Part shown: positions 7,801-18,405 of the stretch, piece after piece
How the letters are laid out: every line of letters begins with the position of its first letter
How positions within the stretch are numbered: position 1 is the stretch's first letter
Assembly: GCA_024626585.2 (NCBI GenBank)
Contig: JANKJI020000004.1
Location: forward strand, 178,731,054-178,749,458
Direction: 5' to 3'
DNA: 18,405 nt
Source of the DNA: Ginkgo biloba
Taxonomy: Eukaryota > Plantae > Ginkgophyta
Made by a program: the position numbers and the translations under genes
Notes under the pieces: model-generated
Told to the model about the DNA's origin: nothing
Seen by the model: only the letters and a program-made list of their open reading frames with translations
Database searches by the model: none

Positions 7801-10744
7801 GGTAAGAAATATCTGATCTCCTTTTCACACTTGTATTACGCGTGGCACCTTAGTCAACGCAACTTATCGGATTCTCTGTTTAATTTAGTGCCGCTTTCCA
7901 CAGAATGATAAATTAAATTAAGTTTGAATACCAAATAGCATTCTGTTAAGATTCACTAAATTTTATTTTATTATGACGTGTTTAAAAAATACCTGCGCGA
8001 TCTAGTTTTTAAAACATTTTAAAAGAAAATTTATTTCCATTCTATATATCAGCCTGTGCTATGCCAAGGTCGAGTGGTCTGAGCGGCGGAGCAATAATAG
8101 CGATAGCAATTGCTGCATTCGTGTTTGTCCTTGCCATTACTGCTTTAGGAATCTATGCATTGATGCAAAAGAGAAGAGCTGGGAAGGCTTCCGAATATGT
8201 CAAACCCATTGGTACTCACTCTTGCCTTCGCAATTTAACCAATTGAATTACATTTGTGATGAATTTAATATTTGTCAAGTTGACTAAATATTATTCCATG
8301 TTTCTAGGGAGAGAATATACTACTTCTCTTAAAATACTTATGAGCATGGATGGGTCCTTCATGATGATTTTGTATCAACATGAGATGGTGCAAGTGGATA
8401 GGGAATTAAGGCATTGAGTACATATTAAAGGATATGATAATATTAAGTTTGAGTTATTTTTTGAATAAATTGGTCCTAATATGTATGACATGATCATAAC
8501 ATTATAACTATATGAATAATCATAATAGTTGCATATCCTAGAGAAAAGTGGCATATGGAGTATGCATTTTGATGGGGCTAAATGTAGATCAGACATTGGT
8601 GCTAGAATCATCCTAAAATATTAATTGGATGATATCCATCCATTTTCATATCAAATTTAGTTTTAATATACTAATAACATAATTAAGTATGATCCCTTAG
8701 TGCTTAGGATGAGGTAAGCTCAAGATATTAGAGTTAAAAGGTTGGTTGTATAGGAAGACTCAAATCTCATTATAAACCAAGTATAAGATATTTTTGTTGC
8801 TTAAAATGATAAACTAAGTAAATATTANNNNNNNNNNNNNNNNNNNNNNNNNNNNNNNNNNNNNNNNNNNNNNNNNNNNNNNNNNNNNNNNNNNNNNNNN
8901 NNNNNNNNNNNNNNNNNNNNNNNNNNNTAAGGGAAGATAATTAAAGTGGAAAGGTGGCGCACAAGTTTAAATTATTGGCGGCGTCATTAAATAAGCAAGT
9001 GATAAAAAAGCGGTCAACTTGTGACAAGGACACAAAATATTGATTGGTAGAAAATCCCAAGGTGACAGCTATGAAAACACAAGGTGACTACGATATATAT
9101 AAAGTGACTTGTATATAGAGTGACTAGTATATAAGATAACTGCTATATAGAGTGACTGGTATATAAAGTAACTGATATCAAGTGATTGGTATATAAAGTA
9201 ACTACTATATAATGATCAATAGAAGAGGGAAATAATAGGACTTTCTTACAAGAGAAAAGAAAACACATGCACACACACACACATTGAATCTTAAGGACAG
9301 TTGTCACTAGGTGCGATCCAGAACCTGCAGATCGGGGTCTTTTTCTAATGTCTTCATGAAATGTTCCCTATCAACCAGTTTGTTGTACGGTCGTAGATGA
9401 TATCTGTTTGCAAGGAATTCACGAGAATTGAGCTCTGACTCTGTGTATTATTATTAGTTTCTTCGAGTGCGAGTTGGGAAGAGGGTGGAAATGCTATCAA
9501 ACTAAAAGGCGCCAGGTTGTTTTCCTTTCAAGATCTCAAAAAGTCGACAAATAACTTCTGTGAGGCGAACGAGATTGGTTATGGAAGCTATGGCAAGGTT
9601 AACTAACAAGGACTTGCTTCTTTACTCATTCAACAGTTCTCTGGGCTATATATTTATGTAGCGTGTGTTTGGATAGATTTATGTTGACTGAATAGATGGA
9701 ATGATTAAATTATGTCAGGTATACAAGGGGCTGCTGCCTGCAGGGGGAGAAATGGTGGCTATCAAAAGGGCCAAGTCGGAGACTCTGCAGGTTGCAGTCG
9801 AATTCAAAAATGAAATCGAACTCCTGTCTCGGGTGCACCATAAGAATCTGTTGGGTCTGATTGGGTTTTGCTTTGAGGAAGGGGAGCAGATGCTTGTTTA
9901 CGAATACATGCCCAATGGAACGCTTCGGCATAGTCTCTCTGGTTCACCTTCTCTTATCTGCCTATTTAATCTGTTTTCACGCACAAATTATTTGTGGATG
10001 AATTGAGTAAAGAATCAGACCGATTAATGCGTTTATTAAATCGTGAAAATTGCAGGTAGAACAGGCATTAATCTTGATTGGGGAAGAAGGATTCACATTG
10101 CACTGGGGGCAGCTCAAGGTTTGAGTTATCTGCATGAGAATGCAAACCCCCCGATAATACACAGAGATGTGAAGTCGAGCAACATATTGCTGGATGAAGA
10201 TCTGAATGCCAAGGTAGCCGACTTTGGGATTTCTAAACTCATTTCCGATGGGGGCATTAAGGGTCATGTGTCAACTCAAGTGAAAGGAACTTTGGTGAGT
10301 GGCTTAGTATTTCCATCTTTTCTGCGTTGCAATATTGCATTTGATTGTGGCTTATACCAAGTGTAAATGGTATTGAATGGATGGCAGGGTTACATGGATC
10401 CGGAGTATTACATGACAGAGAAGCTGAGTGAGAAGAGCGATGTATACAGCTTTGGTGTTGTATTGCTGGAAATCATAACAGCACGACAGCCCATTGAGGA
10501 GGGAAAACATATAGTTAGGGAGATGAGGAGTAGGTGGGAGAAAGGTGGAATGAGTGCCATTTACCTGCAAGAGCTATTGGATCCCTTGCTGGGAGGTTTT
10601 TCTGGTTTGGTAGGGTTTGAAAGCTTTCTAAACTTGGCCATGCTCTGCGTTGAGGATTCCAACGACAGTCGGCCCATAATGAGTGAGGTGGTGAAGGATC
10701 TGGAATCTATCGTAGGCCAATATAATTCTGCACTGGTGGATTGA
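4781..10744 (+). CDS. Spliced LRR receptor-like kinase, subfamily LRR-VIII-1 (At1g79620/HPCA1-CARD1-like). Visible exons: 4781-4856, 5031-5154, 5239-5310, 5425-5499, [gap], <6426-6474, 6602-6670, 6754-6828, 6921-6992, 7094-7228, 7329-7801, 8053-8211, 9458-9597, 9719-9941, 10056-10294, 10388-10744
   Basis: Manual splicing at GT-AG sites gives a phase-consistent, stop-free frame on each side of the gap. It reads: signal peptide, W..N.P..W...DPCG..W.GV.C N-cap, 69-75 nt single-LRR exons, NPAC C-cap, LFPSG...F..SEI..IG..LS...Y.PP..FG.FYF.A.PY motif, [10 protein letters not shown] juxtamembrane, full kinase ([34 protein letters not shown]). This exon layout is typical of LRR-VIII-1. Confidence 0.93.
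4972..5030 (+). repeat. 30-nt-period tandem duplication of the intron-1 3' splice site
   Basis: tgttgaattctgttttgactatgtttcag / tgttgaattctattttgtttatgtttcag. Confidence 0.88.
5031..5154 (+). CDS. RLK exon 2: LRR N-terminal cap ([42 protein letters not shown])
   Basis: tttcag acceptor, DPC..W.GV.C motif, CT|GTGAGT donor. Confidence 0.92.
5239..5310 (+). CDS. RLK LRR exon ([24 protein letters not shown])
   Basis: 72-nt phase-2 exon with plant LRR consensus, AG/GT bounded. Confidence 0.92.
5425..5499 (+). CDS. RLK LRR exon ([25 protein letters not shown])
   Basis: 75-nt phase-2 exon; DLSYN..LTG motif characteristic of LRR-VIII-1. Confidence 0.93.
6426..6474 (+). CDS. RLK LRR exon, 5' part in the gap ([16 protein letters not shown])
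   Basis: G.IP..IG LRR motif, TT|GTAAG donor. Confidence 0.85.
6602..6670 (+). CDS. RLK LRR exon ([23 protein letters not shown])
   Basis: 69-nt phase-2 LRR exon, AG/GTAAGT bounded. Confidence 0.92.
6754..6828 (+). CDS. RLK LRR exon ([25 protein letters not shown])
   Basis: DLSNNSF.....WF motif diagnostic of this family; 75 nt. Confidence 0.93.
6921..6992 (+). CDS. RLK LRR exon ([24 protein letters not shown])
   Basis: 72-nt phase-2 exon, LPQLQTV motif. Confidence 0.92.
7094..7228 (+). CDS. RLK exon, last LRRs ([45 protein letters not shown])
   Basis: NN..NGTL and QLQLID..NN.I motifs; AG/GT bounded. Confidence 0.92.
7329..7801 (+). CDS. RLK exon: Cys-rich C-cap plus SEA-like membrane-proximal domain
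   Basis: NPAC..C..C....C......C followed by SLW..L.L..G.V, LFPSG and PP.FG.FYF.AYPY; contains the N-gap 7489-7538. Confidence 0.9.
8053..8211 (+). CDS. RLK exon: transmembrane helix and basic stop-transfer ([31 protein letters not shown])
   Basis: Hydrophobic run of more than 20 aa then QKRRA; phase-1 splice sites on both sides. Confidence 0.93.
8340..8827 (+). mobile_element. Intronic degenerate Tat-type Ty3/gypsy 'archaeal-like' RNase H (aRH) fragment
   Basis: From 8556, one frame: [20 protein letters not shown]...[43 protein letters not shown], matching W.L.FDGA....G.G..L / TNN.AEYEAL..GL / GDS.L.INQV. Confidence 0.85.
9096..9212. repeat. ~7 copies of a 16-bp minisatellite (tatata(a/g)agt(g/a)actgg) in the large intron
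   Basis: Units start at 9096, 9112, 9128, 9144, 9160, 9176 (14 bp) and 9190. Confidence 0.85.
9458..9597 (+). CDS. RLK exon: juxtamembrane and Gly-loop ([33 protein letters not shown])
   Basis: Family motif LKGAR.FSF.EL...TNNF; not in the ORF track, found by manual translation. Confidence 0.93.
9719..9941 (+). CDS. RLK kinase exon, subdomains I-V
   Basis: [34 protein letters not shown]. Confidence 0.96.
10056..10294 (+). CDS. RLK kinase exon, subdomains VI-VIII
   Basis: [39 protein letters not shown]. Confidence 0.96.
10388..10744 (+). CDS. RLK kinase final coding exon, subdomains VIII-XI
   Basis: [29 protein letters not shown]; TGA at 10742-10744. Confidence 0.94.
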   Translation, partial: GYMDPEYYMTEKLSEKSDVYSFGVVLLEIITARQPIEEGKHIVREMRSRWEKGGMSAIYLQELLDPLLGGFSGLVGFESFLNLAMLCVEDSNDSRPIMSEVVKDLESIVGQYNSALVD

Positions 10745-11589
10745 AAGGGTAAGAGACCAATCCTTATGCCCTTTCTTATGATAATTCTTTGGATTGCAAT
10801 AACAGTTGATACGCGGTGTCCCCCACCTAAGTGATCGGATAATCATTTTCAGTACTTTCCTTTTCCAAGGAGTTTTTGTTTTATGATGCGTAATTTGGTA
10901 CCAAATCGGCTCCTCGGTTGCTTTTCACATAAATTAAGTTGTATTGAATATCGTTCATGTCCGTGGTGACATCAATATTATGGGCTGCGATGCAGCGGAT
11001 GGATTTATGCCATTTAACNNNNNNNNNNNNNNNNNNNNNNNNNNNNNNNNNNNNNNNNNNNNNNNNNNNNNNNNNNNNNNNNNNNNNNNNNNNNNNNNNN
11101 NNNNNNNNNNNNNNNNNNGTCAACCCTAGAAGAAAAAGTTATCCAATTTAGGAATAATCATTTTTTATTCTTAGCATTCAACATAGACTCAAGAACAAGA
11201 AGTTATAATATCAAATTGATGTGTATCTTAATGGGTGAGTCAAAATCTCCCAATATAAATAACTACAATTTTTTTTTTTTTTCTTCAACAAAATAAATAA
11301 ATCTATGTGTTTGAGCATGCATGCAATCCCATCCACTTGNNNNNNNNNNCAAGAGAAAAAAAAAGTTCTGAAACATATAATATTCTTGCACAAAGAGAAC
11401 AAAGTTTTGAACTAGATAAAACCCTCTAGGGGAATAAAAAATCCAGAATGGTATTCATTCCTTCAATAAAAAATATTTACAACAAATTATGCCTATGGCT
11501 CTATTCATGTGATATGAAATAATAATTAAATTTGATATGTTAATTATTATTCAATCAATGAATTATTTAATTATTCAATATTTTATAAG

Positions 11590-12160
11590 GTTGTACAACT
11601 AAGGACATATGATGAACTTAGTTTGACAATCCATACTAATTGAATAATTAATTAGGATTAGAGAGTTAATTAATTAACTAGTGCATATTAGAAAAGGGGT
11701 TGAACACTTCTTCTCAACCATCCATTTAGATTAAGACACACGCATGAGTTCATACACTTTTAGAATAAGTTATGCATGCACACTTATTTTGTCACCATTC
11801 ACATATGACAAGTCATGCCATAAGTGATAGTGATAGATTTAGAATATTCTTTTATTAGATTAGGGTGTCTAAGTTATTACTTTAAAATTTTTAATAAATA
11901 TTATATTGAGATTCATTCTCAAATATTCTAATGGAGAGACTTCTTAGCATATCTTGAGAAAAAATTTAGAATAAGAGATTTCTTGGAATTTGTTATTTGA
12001 TTCTCATGTGTCTTTGTAAATTTATGTGCATATCTCTTTATTCTTTTCATTGATTCATCCTTGTGTGACCCCATATTCAGTTACATATCTTCCACTTTGT
12101 ATACTAGGGGATTGAATTAATCTCATCCCTTTTTGGCCTCACACCAATTCGTATCAAAGA
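11590..12160 (+). mobile_element. Possible decayed LTR ending in CA at ~12146, followed by a degenerate tRNA-Met PBS
   Basis: ...cacacCA at tcgtatcaaag vs canonical TGGTATCAGAG (9/11); left boundary not defined. Confidence 0.3.
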
Positions 12161-12782
12161 AATAAGATCTCTAAAATTATTTTATCCCCTTAGTTAGCCA
12201 AGCTTATTTCTTAATCCTTTGAGTTGTACAAGCTAAATCATAAATTATTATAAGTCTCTGACTCAGCCACATTTGTCAACCTTTGAGTTGTCTAACCTAA
12301 ATTATTTATCACAATTGCATAGTTTTGAAAATGGTTGTTTTAATCCCTAGGTGATGCACAACATTACAATCCCCCAAGCCAAATATTATCAATTCTAAAG
12401 TCTCCCAAAGGCAAGGTGACCTCCTTTGAGGTACTTCACTATCCATTGATTTTTGGTTTAATACTAAAATTGCATAGTTTCTTCTTAGGATCGTTTCAAA
12501 CCTCAAGTGCACTCATGATTTTATACACTATTCTAAACTAATTTTTATACTTATTTACTTTCTTCGTGTTAAGGAAATCTACCCACAGTGACCTGTTGAC
12601 CGATTTTTTTACTCGGTCAACTTTGCCTAATGTCTAAAATGGTCCTTCATCTAAGAGTTTTGCCTATTAGGATAATATGACTNNNNNNNNNNNNNNNNNN
12701 NNNNNNNNNNNNNNNNNNNNNNNNNNNNNNNNNNNNNNNNNNNNNNNNNNNNNNNNNNNNNNNNNNNNNNNNNNNNNNNNNN

Positions 12783-13852
12783 AAACTCTTAGTATTAACT
12801 ATCACACCATCCTTAAAAAATTGTGAAGGTGTGCATTACCCCCAAAATTCATGTGCTACCTTAAAATATTGTATATGATTAATACCTAAGAAATTTTCAT
12901 TAACACTCACACCACCGTCATAAAGCTATGAAGGTATCCTTTACCCTAAAAAATCACATGCTACCTTTAAACTTCACATGTGATTAATTTCTAAGTTTCT
13001 AGAATTAACTATTGTGTCTCTCTAAAAAAGTATGGAGATATCCTTTACCCTCAAAATTTGTATGCTACCTTTAAATTGCATATGTGATTAGTTTTTAAAC
13101 CACTAACATTAACCATTACATTACCCTTAGAAATTTATGAAGGTAGCCTCTACCCTTAAAATTTTCATGCTACCTTTAAACCATGTATATCATCAATCTC
13201 TAAACCATTAGCATCAACCACCATACCAACCTAAAAAATATTATGAAGGTATACTTCATCCTCAAAATTTGTGATCTACCTTCTAATTATGCATGTGATC
13301 AATTGATAAGATGCTAGTATTAACTGTTTTGTCACCCTAAAAAAATTTTGAAGGTAGTTTTACCCTTAAAATTCACATGCTACCTTTGAACTATGCATGG
13401 GATATGTTGCTAAACCATTAGAATTAATCATCATACTATCATTAGAATTTATGAAGGTAGCCTTTACCCTCAAAATTTACATTTAACCTTCAAAACCTAT
13501 ATGTGATTAGTCTTTAAGCTACCATCATTAACTATCACACTACCCTTAGAAATTTATGAAGGTAACTTTACCCTCAAAATTCATGTGCTATCTTCAAATT
13601 ACACATATGATCAATTGCTAAACCACTAGCATTAACCTCCATTCCATCCTTATAAATTTATGAAGGTATACTTTACCCTCAAAATTTGTGTGCTACCTTT
13701 AAATTGTACACGTGACCAATTATTAAGATGTTAGTATTAACCACCATACTACCCTAAAAACATTATGAAGGTATCCTTCACACTCAAAATTTATGAGCTA
13801 CCTTCAAACGATGCATGTGATCAATCACTAAATGATTAGTATTAACCATCAT
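12783..13852. repeat. Tandem array of ~10 diverged copies of a 103-106-bp unit
   Basis: Anchor gaaggt (or variant) at 12825, 12930, 13034, 13139, 13245, 13350, 13453, 13558, 13662, 13767; shared ttaccctcaaaatt, gctacctt, gtgatc/t and attaac blocks; may extend into the gap 12683-12782. Confidence 0.95.
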
Positions 13853-14899
13853 TTATGTGCCTTATAGAGATATAACATGGTTCTATGGAGTCAATCTCAT
13901 TAAGGGGCTATGACCATAGGGAACTATTAGCGATTTTTTCACCACTTAAGATTTTCTCTCACTAGTATCTCTTACTTTATTTAACTAATGGCTAAGTATG
14001 GACAATTGTATGTGCACGAGCATGTTACTATTATAAAATATGACTTAAGTTACACTTTCTTTTTTATTGTGTGGTTAACATAGATTGGGTTGAGAATACA
14101 AGTGCATGTTCCCACTTTAGTATAGGGATAATGTTGGAATAGGATTAATGTATAAGAAGACCTCTTACCCTACGCACTCCTTACTTTTGGTTCTTGGATC
14201 CATTGGATTTCCTTGGTTCCAAAGTCATGTAATTATTCTCTTACTACCAAGTTGTGCGTAGCATGTGAGAATTAATAGGGCTTTGATTATTGTCCAATAA
14301 TATATTGTGAAGATTTGCATACTTTCTGTAAATATTTTTTATGATGTGGAAAGAATTTCATTGATCTTATAGTCTAATCATATGCATGCATAGAGTATCT
14401 TTTAGGATATTTTGTAGGTATTGGTAGTTTAAATAAGTTAGTATATGTCATTATGTTGGGCCACGTGTAAAGGTGCATGCTTTCAAAAAAATTTCTCATG
14501 TTTTTGGACATTTGATAGTGCACCATTGATTTGATTAGCCATCTAATAATCAATGGGGATATTTATTAGCATTCTCTTAAGTAGTAATGGCACTAATTAA
14601 TGCACTCTTAAGTAGAGGCTATTTATTAGCACATAATTTCATAATGTTATAGAGAAACGTAACTTGAGAGTAGAAAATGTCATACAGAGGAAACAAAGAC
14701 CGTATAAAAAATAAAAAATATCTAGTTATCATAATTCATTCAATCATNNNNNNNNNNNNNNNNNNNNNNNNNNNNNNNNNNNNNNNNNNNNNNNNNNNNN
14801 NNNNNNNNNNNNNNNNNNNNNNNNNNNNNNNNNNNNNNNNNNNNNNNTCCAATATTCATCTGTGGATCCAACAACTAAATTAGGTGACCATTTACTACT

Positions 14900-16950
14900 C
14901 TTAATGATGTTTATCCTTTATTGCCTTGAAACAACCTTCTAGTGTTATCCTTTAGTCCGAGTTCACTATTATCAGCTCACCTAGTAGGTGAAATATTAAT
15001 GGTGCCACCTCCAATAATTTAATCATCCACACATATGTTAATAACTGTTCTTAATGGTTATGTCCAAAACTCTATTTTCTTACTTATGGAGTCTGCAGAT
15101 TTAGATTTCAAGAAAGGTATTGGCACGACTCACAACAATAACTCTAACTCTTTATTTATGTGAATTATATAACTCATATACTCTAAAGTTGATTTATATA
15201 CCTTCATCGGGTCTATGGGATTATGAGCCTATATTCTAATGTCTCTAGTGCCAACCCTAATCTTTTGATTTCCTAATATCCTGATGACCCAATCCTTGAC
15301 TTCCCACATATCTATTAGGTGTAGACTTCAATGAATCTCAAAATTATATTTTATAAAAAAATTGTGTCCATGAATTTTTATAAGTGGTGAAACTTCACTT
15401 TTAGAGGCATGGGGATTAATTCCTTGATGATGTCAGTTTTTCCAAAATCCTTCCACTAACGTAGTTGACTGCCAAAACACTATTGGTATGCAAACTAATA
15501 TAAGTTATGATAGAAAAAATATCACTCTTCCACCTTAGGAAAAAACTATGCATAATATTAGTATGTAGATGTGATGCTCCTGCATCATCCTCCCCTTCTT
15601 ACAAAANNNNNNNNNNNNNNNNNNNNNNNNNNNNNNNNNNNNNNNNNNNNNNNNNNNNNNNNNNNNNNNNNNNNNNNACTTAATGATATGGACTCCTTAT
15701 ACTTTCTTCCTTAACCTCTCTCACTTGGTTGTTCATCTCTTCTCCAACCTCCTATCAATCATTCTCCTCTTGTCGGTATACCATCCCTTAGAGAATTTTC
15801 TTCTCAAGCTTTCACTCTCCACTATCATATATATCAAAAACTTATATATTCTCTTCCCATGATCTTCTTCATTGCTACTAGTTCCTTTCTGTGATTTTTT
15901 ACTACCTCTTCCATCAANNNNNNNNNNNNNNNNNNNNNNNNNNNNNNNNNNNNNNNNNNNNNNNNNNNNNNNNNNNNNNNNNNNNNNNNNNNNNNNNNNN
16001 NNNNNNNNNNNNNNNNNTACAGGATTTATTTGTACGAATGATGAGATAGTACCATCTATTCAATATTAAATTATGACTCTACCCTACACAATCCCACAAC
16101 TCCAACCACTCTTAATTTTAAAAAACACACAAATTTTAGAAAAACCCACAAAATAAGTTATCTTCCCAAAATATCTTATACTTAGTAAGTACAAAACATC
16201 TAGAAAATATAAGAGCCATCATTGTCCTATCCCCATATAACCCAATTTCTATCACCATAATAAGATGAATATGAATGTATAACCTTTGTAAGTAATCAAG
16301 TTAAGATAGTACCTAAAGAAAGGAAACTAAAATATACTAAGAAAAGAAATATGTGTCTTTCCCATGAATTCATCCTTTATTTTCCCCAACCTATCCTCCA
16401 CAATGAGGATTAAATGATCTTAAAAGGGATCTTCAACCATAAAAAGTAAGCCCTAATTCTAGAGAGGACTTGTGGTCCTATTCTTAGCTATTCTTATCTT
16501 CAACACTTGGTTTTTGGCTAGTTTCACCTTAACACTAACTTCAGGGGAACTTCTTTTGTCACTTAGCTAAAAATATTATGTTTTAATTACATTTAACCTT
16601 AACATACCATACCTTAGGATAAAGATAAACCATGAATCTAATATTGGGAAAATCCATCACTATGCATAGTTCCCATATCCAAATTCCAGGATTTTAAGAA
16701 ATTCTTCATCTTCCTGTGTGCCCATTCATATAGATAACATCGACTCACCTTTCAAATTAGACTCTCCTTTATTACCTTTCAACCTATACCATTGAGGTTT
16801 CAAAGTAATATTAGGACATACTTTGGTGGGTACTTCATTCAAATCAAATTTCACTCTCCTTATAAAATCATCCTTTGTTAAAGCCTTACCCTTCACTACT
16901 GCATCAAGATATGAAGATTGGATCCTTTCATTTAATAAATAGAACACTTG
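14900..16950 (-). mobile_element. Highly decayed gypsy-like gag/RT relic
   Basis: Minus-strand remnants EVKDWVIRILGNQKIR..VYKSTLEYMSYIIHINKELELL..FLK (~15100-15450) loosely follow the RT N-terminal pattern; GWGKIKDEFMGK (~16360-16395) is gag-like; many stops. Confidence 0.3.
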
Positions 16951-17339
16951 ATTCCACTAATGGTTCAATTTATTCTCAAATTAATTAGTGGTTTCTTTGT
17001 TATTCCCAAGCTTCACCTCTATATAAGGGTAGCATCTTCCATTCATGTCCTTGCCAAGATCTCTGGATTTCACCACATAAACATACTCGTATGGTTAGTT
17101 ATGAAAATCATATGCCATGATAGGAGGAGGAGTTAGGTTTATTATTTCATCTACTATATATCGCAAAGTGTTGTTTGTTGGTTGATATACACATTTATGG
17201 TTATTTTAAGTATAATTAAAAGAAAATATAAAATAAATCTTTAATAACATGTGCCTTCTTATGTATTTGATCACATGGTTTTTAGTGTGTATTAAATAAT
17301 TACTCAATTTTTAAAATATTGAATGAGTATGGTATTAAA

Positions 17340-18175
17340 ATATTCAGTTCTTGCCACACATGCCTTCAACAACCCCTTTATGCCCTAATGTGATGCCTTA
17401 GGTATCGGCCTTGAGGTAGTAATTATGCAAGACGACCACCCAATAGCTTTCCAAAGAAGGCATCTCTAAACCATTGAGAAACAATCAAGTCAACACATGA
17501 TAGAGAAATGCTCTCTATTATACATACTCTTAGAAAGTGGAGACAATACTTGTTTAGAAGTAAATTCCAAGTGCACATTGACCACAAAAACATAAAATAC
17601 TCGAATTAGCACATCTTATTCCTCGAACAACAAAAGGGGGTTTATAAAATGTAGGCTTTTTAGATTCTTTATAAAATGGGAAAGGAAAAATGTTAACAGA
17701 TGCATTGGCAAAGTGTGGTGAAGAAGCTAATCTTTTCATCTTATCCATGTGCATTGTAGAATGAATCATTGAGGTACATTATGAGTTTGCCAAAGATGAT
17801 GAAACTCGTTTAACTAATCAACTCATTACATCAGGCATACTCATATTCTAATTCAAATTCAAATGGGGAAATCATATTTTATGCTCTCAAGATTGAACGT
17901 TTTGAATAAAACATCTGAATTCAAACATGTATTTACCCTACAATAACAACATCAAATAGTGTCGGGTTCTTTAGAACTCATCTACAAATCAAACAATCAT
18001 TTTGTCAGCTTGACATGAAGGGCATTTAGATCTTGTAGTATAATGCATTGTTTGCCAAGTTGAAAAGGAGAAATAATTGCTCTTCTTGGGTTATTTTAAG
18101 CCCTTCATATCCTAGAGCCAAAGTGGGAAGAAATGATATGGACTTTATCACAAGATTACTAAAGTTGAGTGGCTC
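17340..18175 (+). mobile_element. Degenerate Ty3/gypsy pol fragment: RNase H plus integrase N-terminus
   Basis: VLATHAFNNPFMP*CDALGIGLEVVIMQDDHPIAFQRR..STHDREMLSIIHTLRKWRQYL...IDHKNIKY..TDALAK, then GFFRTHLQIKQSF..C.VCQ..LLGLF*ALHILEPKWEE..MDFITRL; stops and frameshifts. Confidence 0.9.
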
Positions 18176-18405
18176 ATAAATTATGCACATTGTGTCGGCA
18201 TGCAAACTACCTTCAAAGTTATACAATCATATATAAGCATAATATTTCTTCAGATAGCAATATTTGACACCCTTTAACATCTCTTTGGTGACCTCACTCA
18301 CTCTTGGTGGCTCCAAATTCTCTAAAAGGGAAAAAACTTTATAAACCATCTTATCATTCAATAGACATAAGTAATTCTTATACTTCTCCTTCCAAACCTT
18401 GGGAT

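Noticed and set aside
9710-10846. Minus-strand ORFs overlapping the kinase exons
   Set aside because: Antisense shadows of the coding exons with no recognisable motifs.
12783-13852. 105-bp period = 35 codons, suggesting a PPR gene; palindromic units suggesting a CRISPR array
   Set aside because: The consensus translations I tried show no PPR motif and the period varies 103-106 (frameshifts). The whole unit is homologous with no unique spacers, there are no cas genes, and the context is eukaryotic.
16726-17136. Short ORFs of 62-73 aa in the right flank
   Set aside because: No domain signature or splice structure; they lie within decayed TE sequence.

Overview
Eukaryotic plant nuclear DNA from a gapped draft assembly; it looks gymnosperm-like, but that is an inference. 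The centre (~4000-11000) is a relatively GC-rich island holding one + strand, multi-exon LRR receptor-like kinase gene of subfamily LRR-VIII-1 (At1g79620 / HPCA1-CARD1 At5g49760 type). It runs from ATG 4781 to TGA 10744, with 15 visible GT-AG exons and probably about 4 more LRR exons hidden in the N-gap 5561-6425. Domain order: signal peptide, LRR N-cap, LRRs, Cys-rich C-cap, SEA-like domain, TM, RD kinase. The flanks and the one large intron are AT-rich, decayed retrotransposon relics: Ty3/gypsy protease, RT-RNase H, integrase, a Tat-type RNase H and a probable copia end. There is also a ten-copy ~105-bp tandem array. I found no convincing new multi-gene system. The best second-look items are a 30-bp GC-rich hairpin just upstream of the ATG, a duplicated in-frame splice acceptor, a Ser-to-Ala change at the SEA G-S position, a short kinase tail followed by a splice donor, and the palindrome-containing 105-bp array. 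All calls come from manual translation and motif recall, not database searches.
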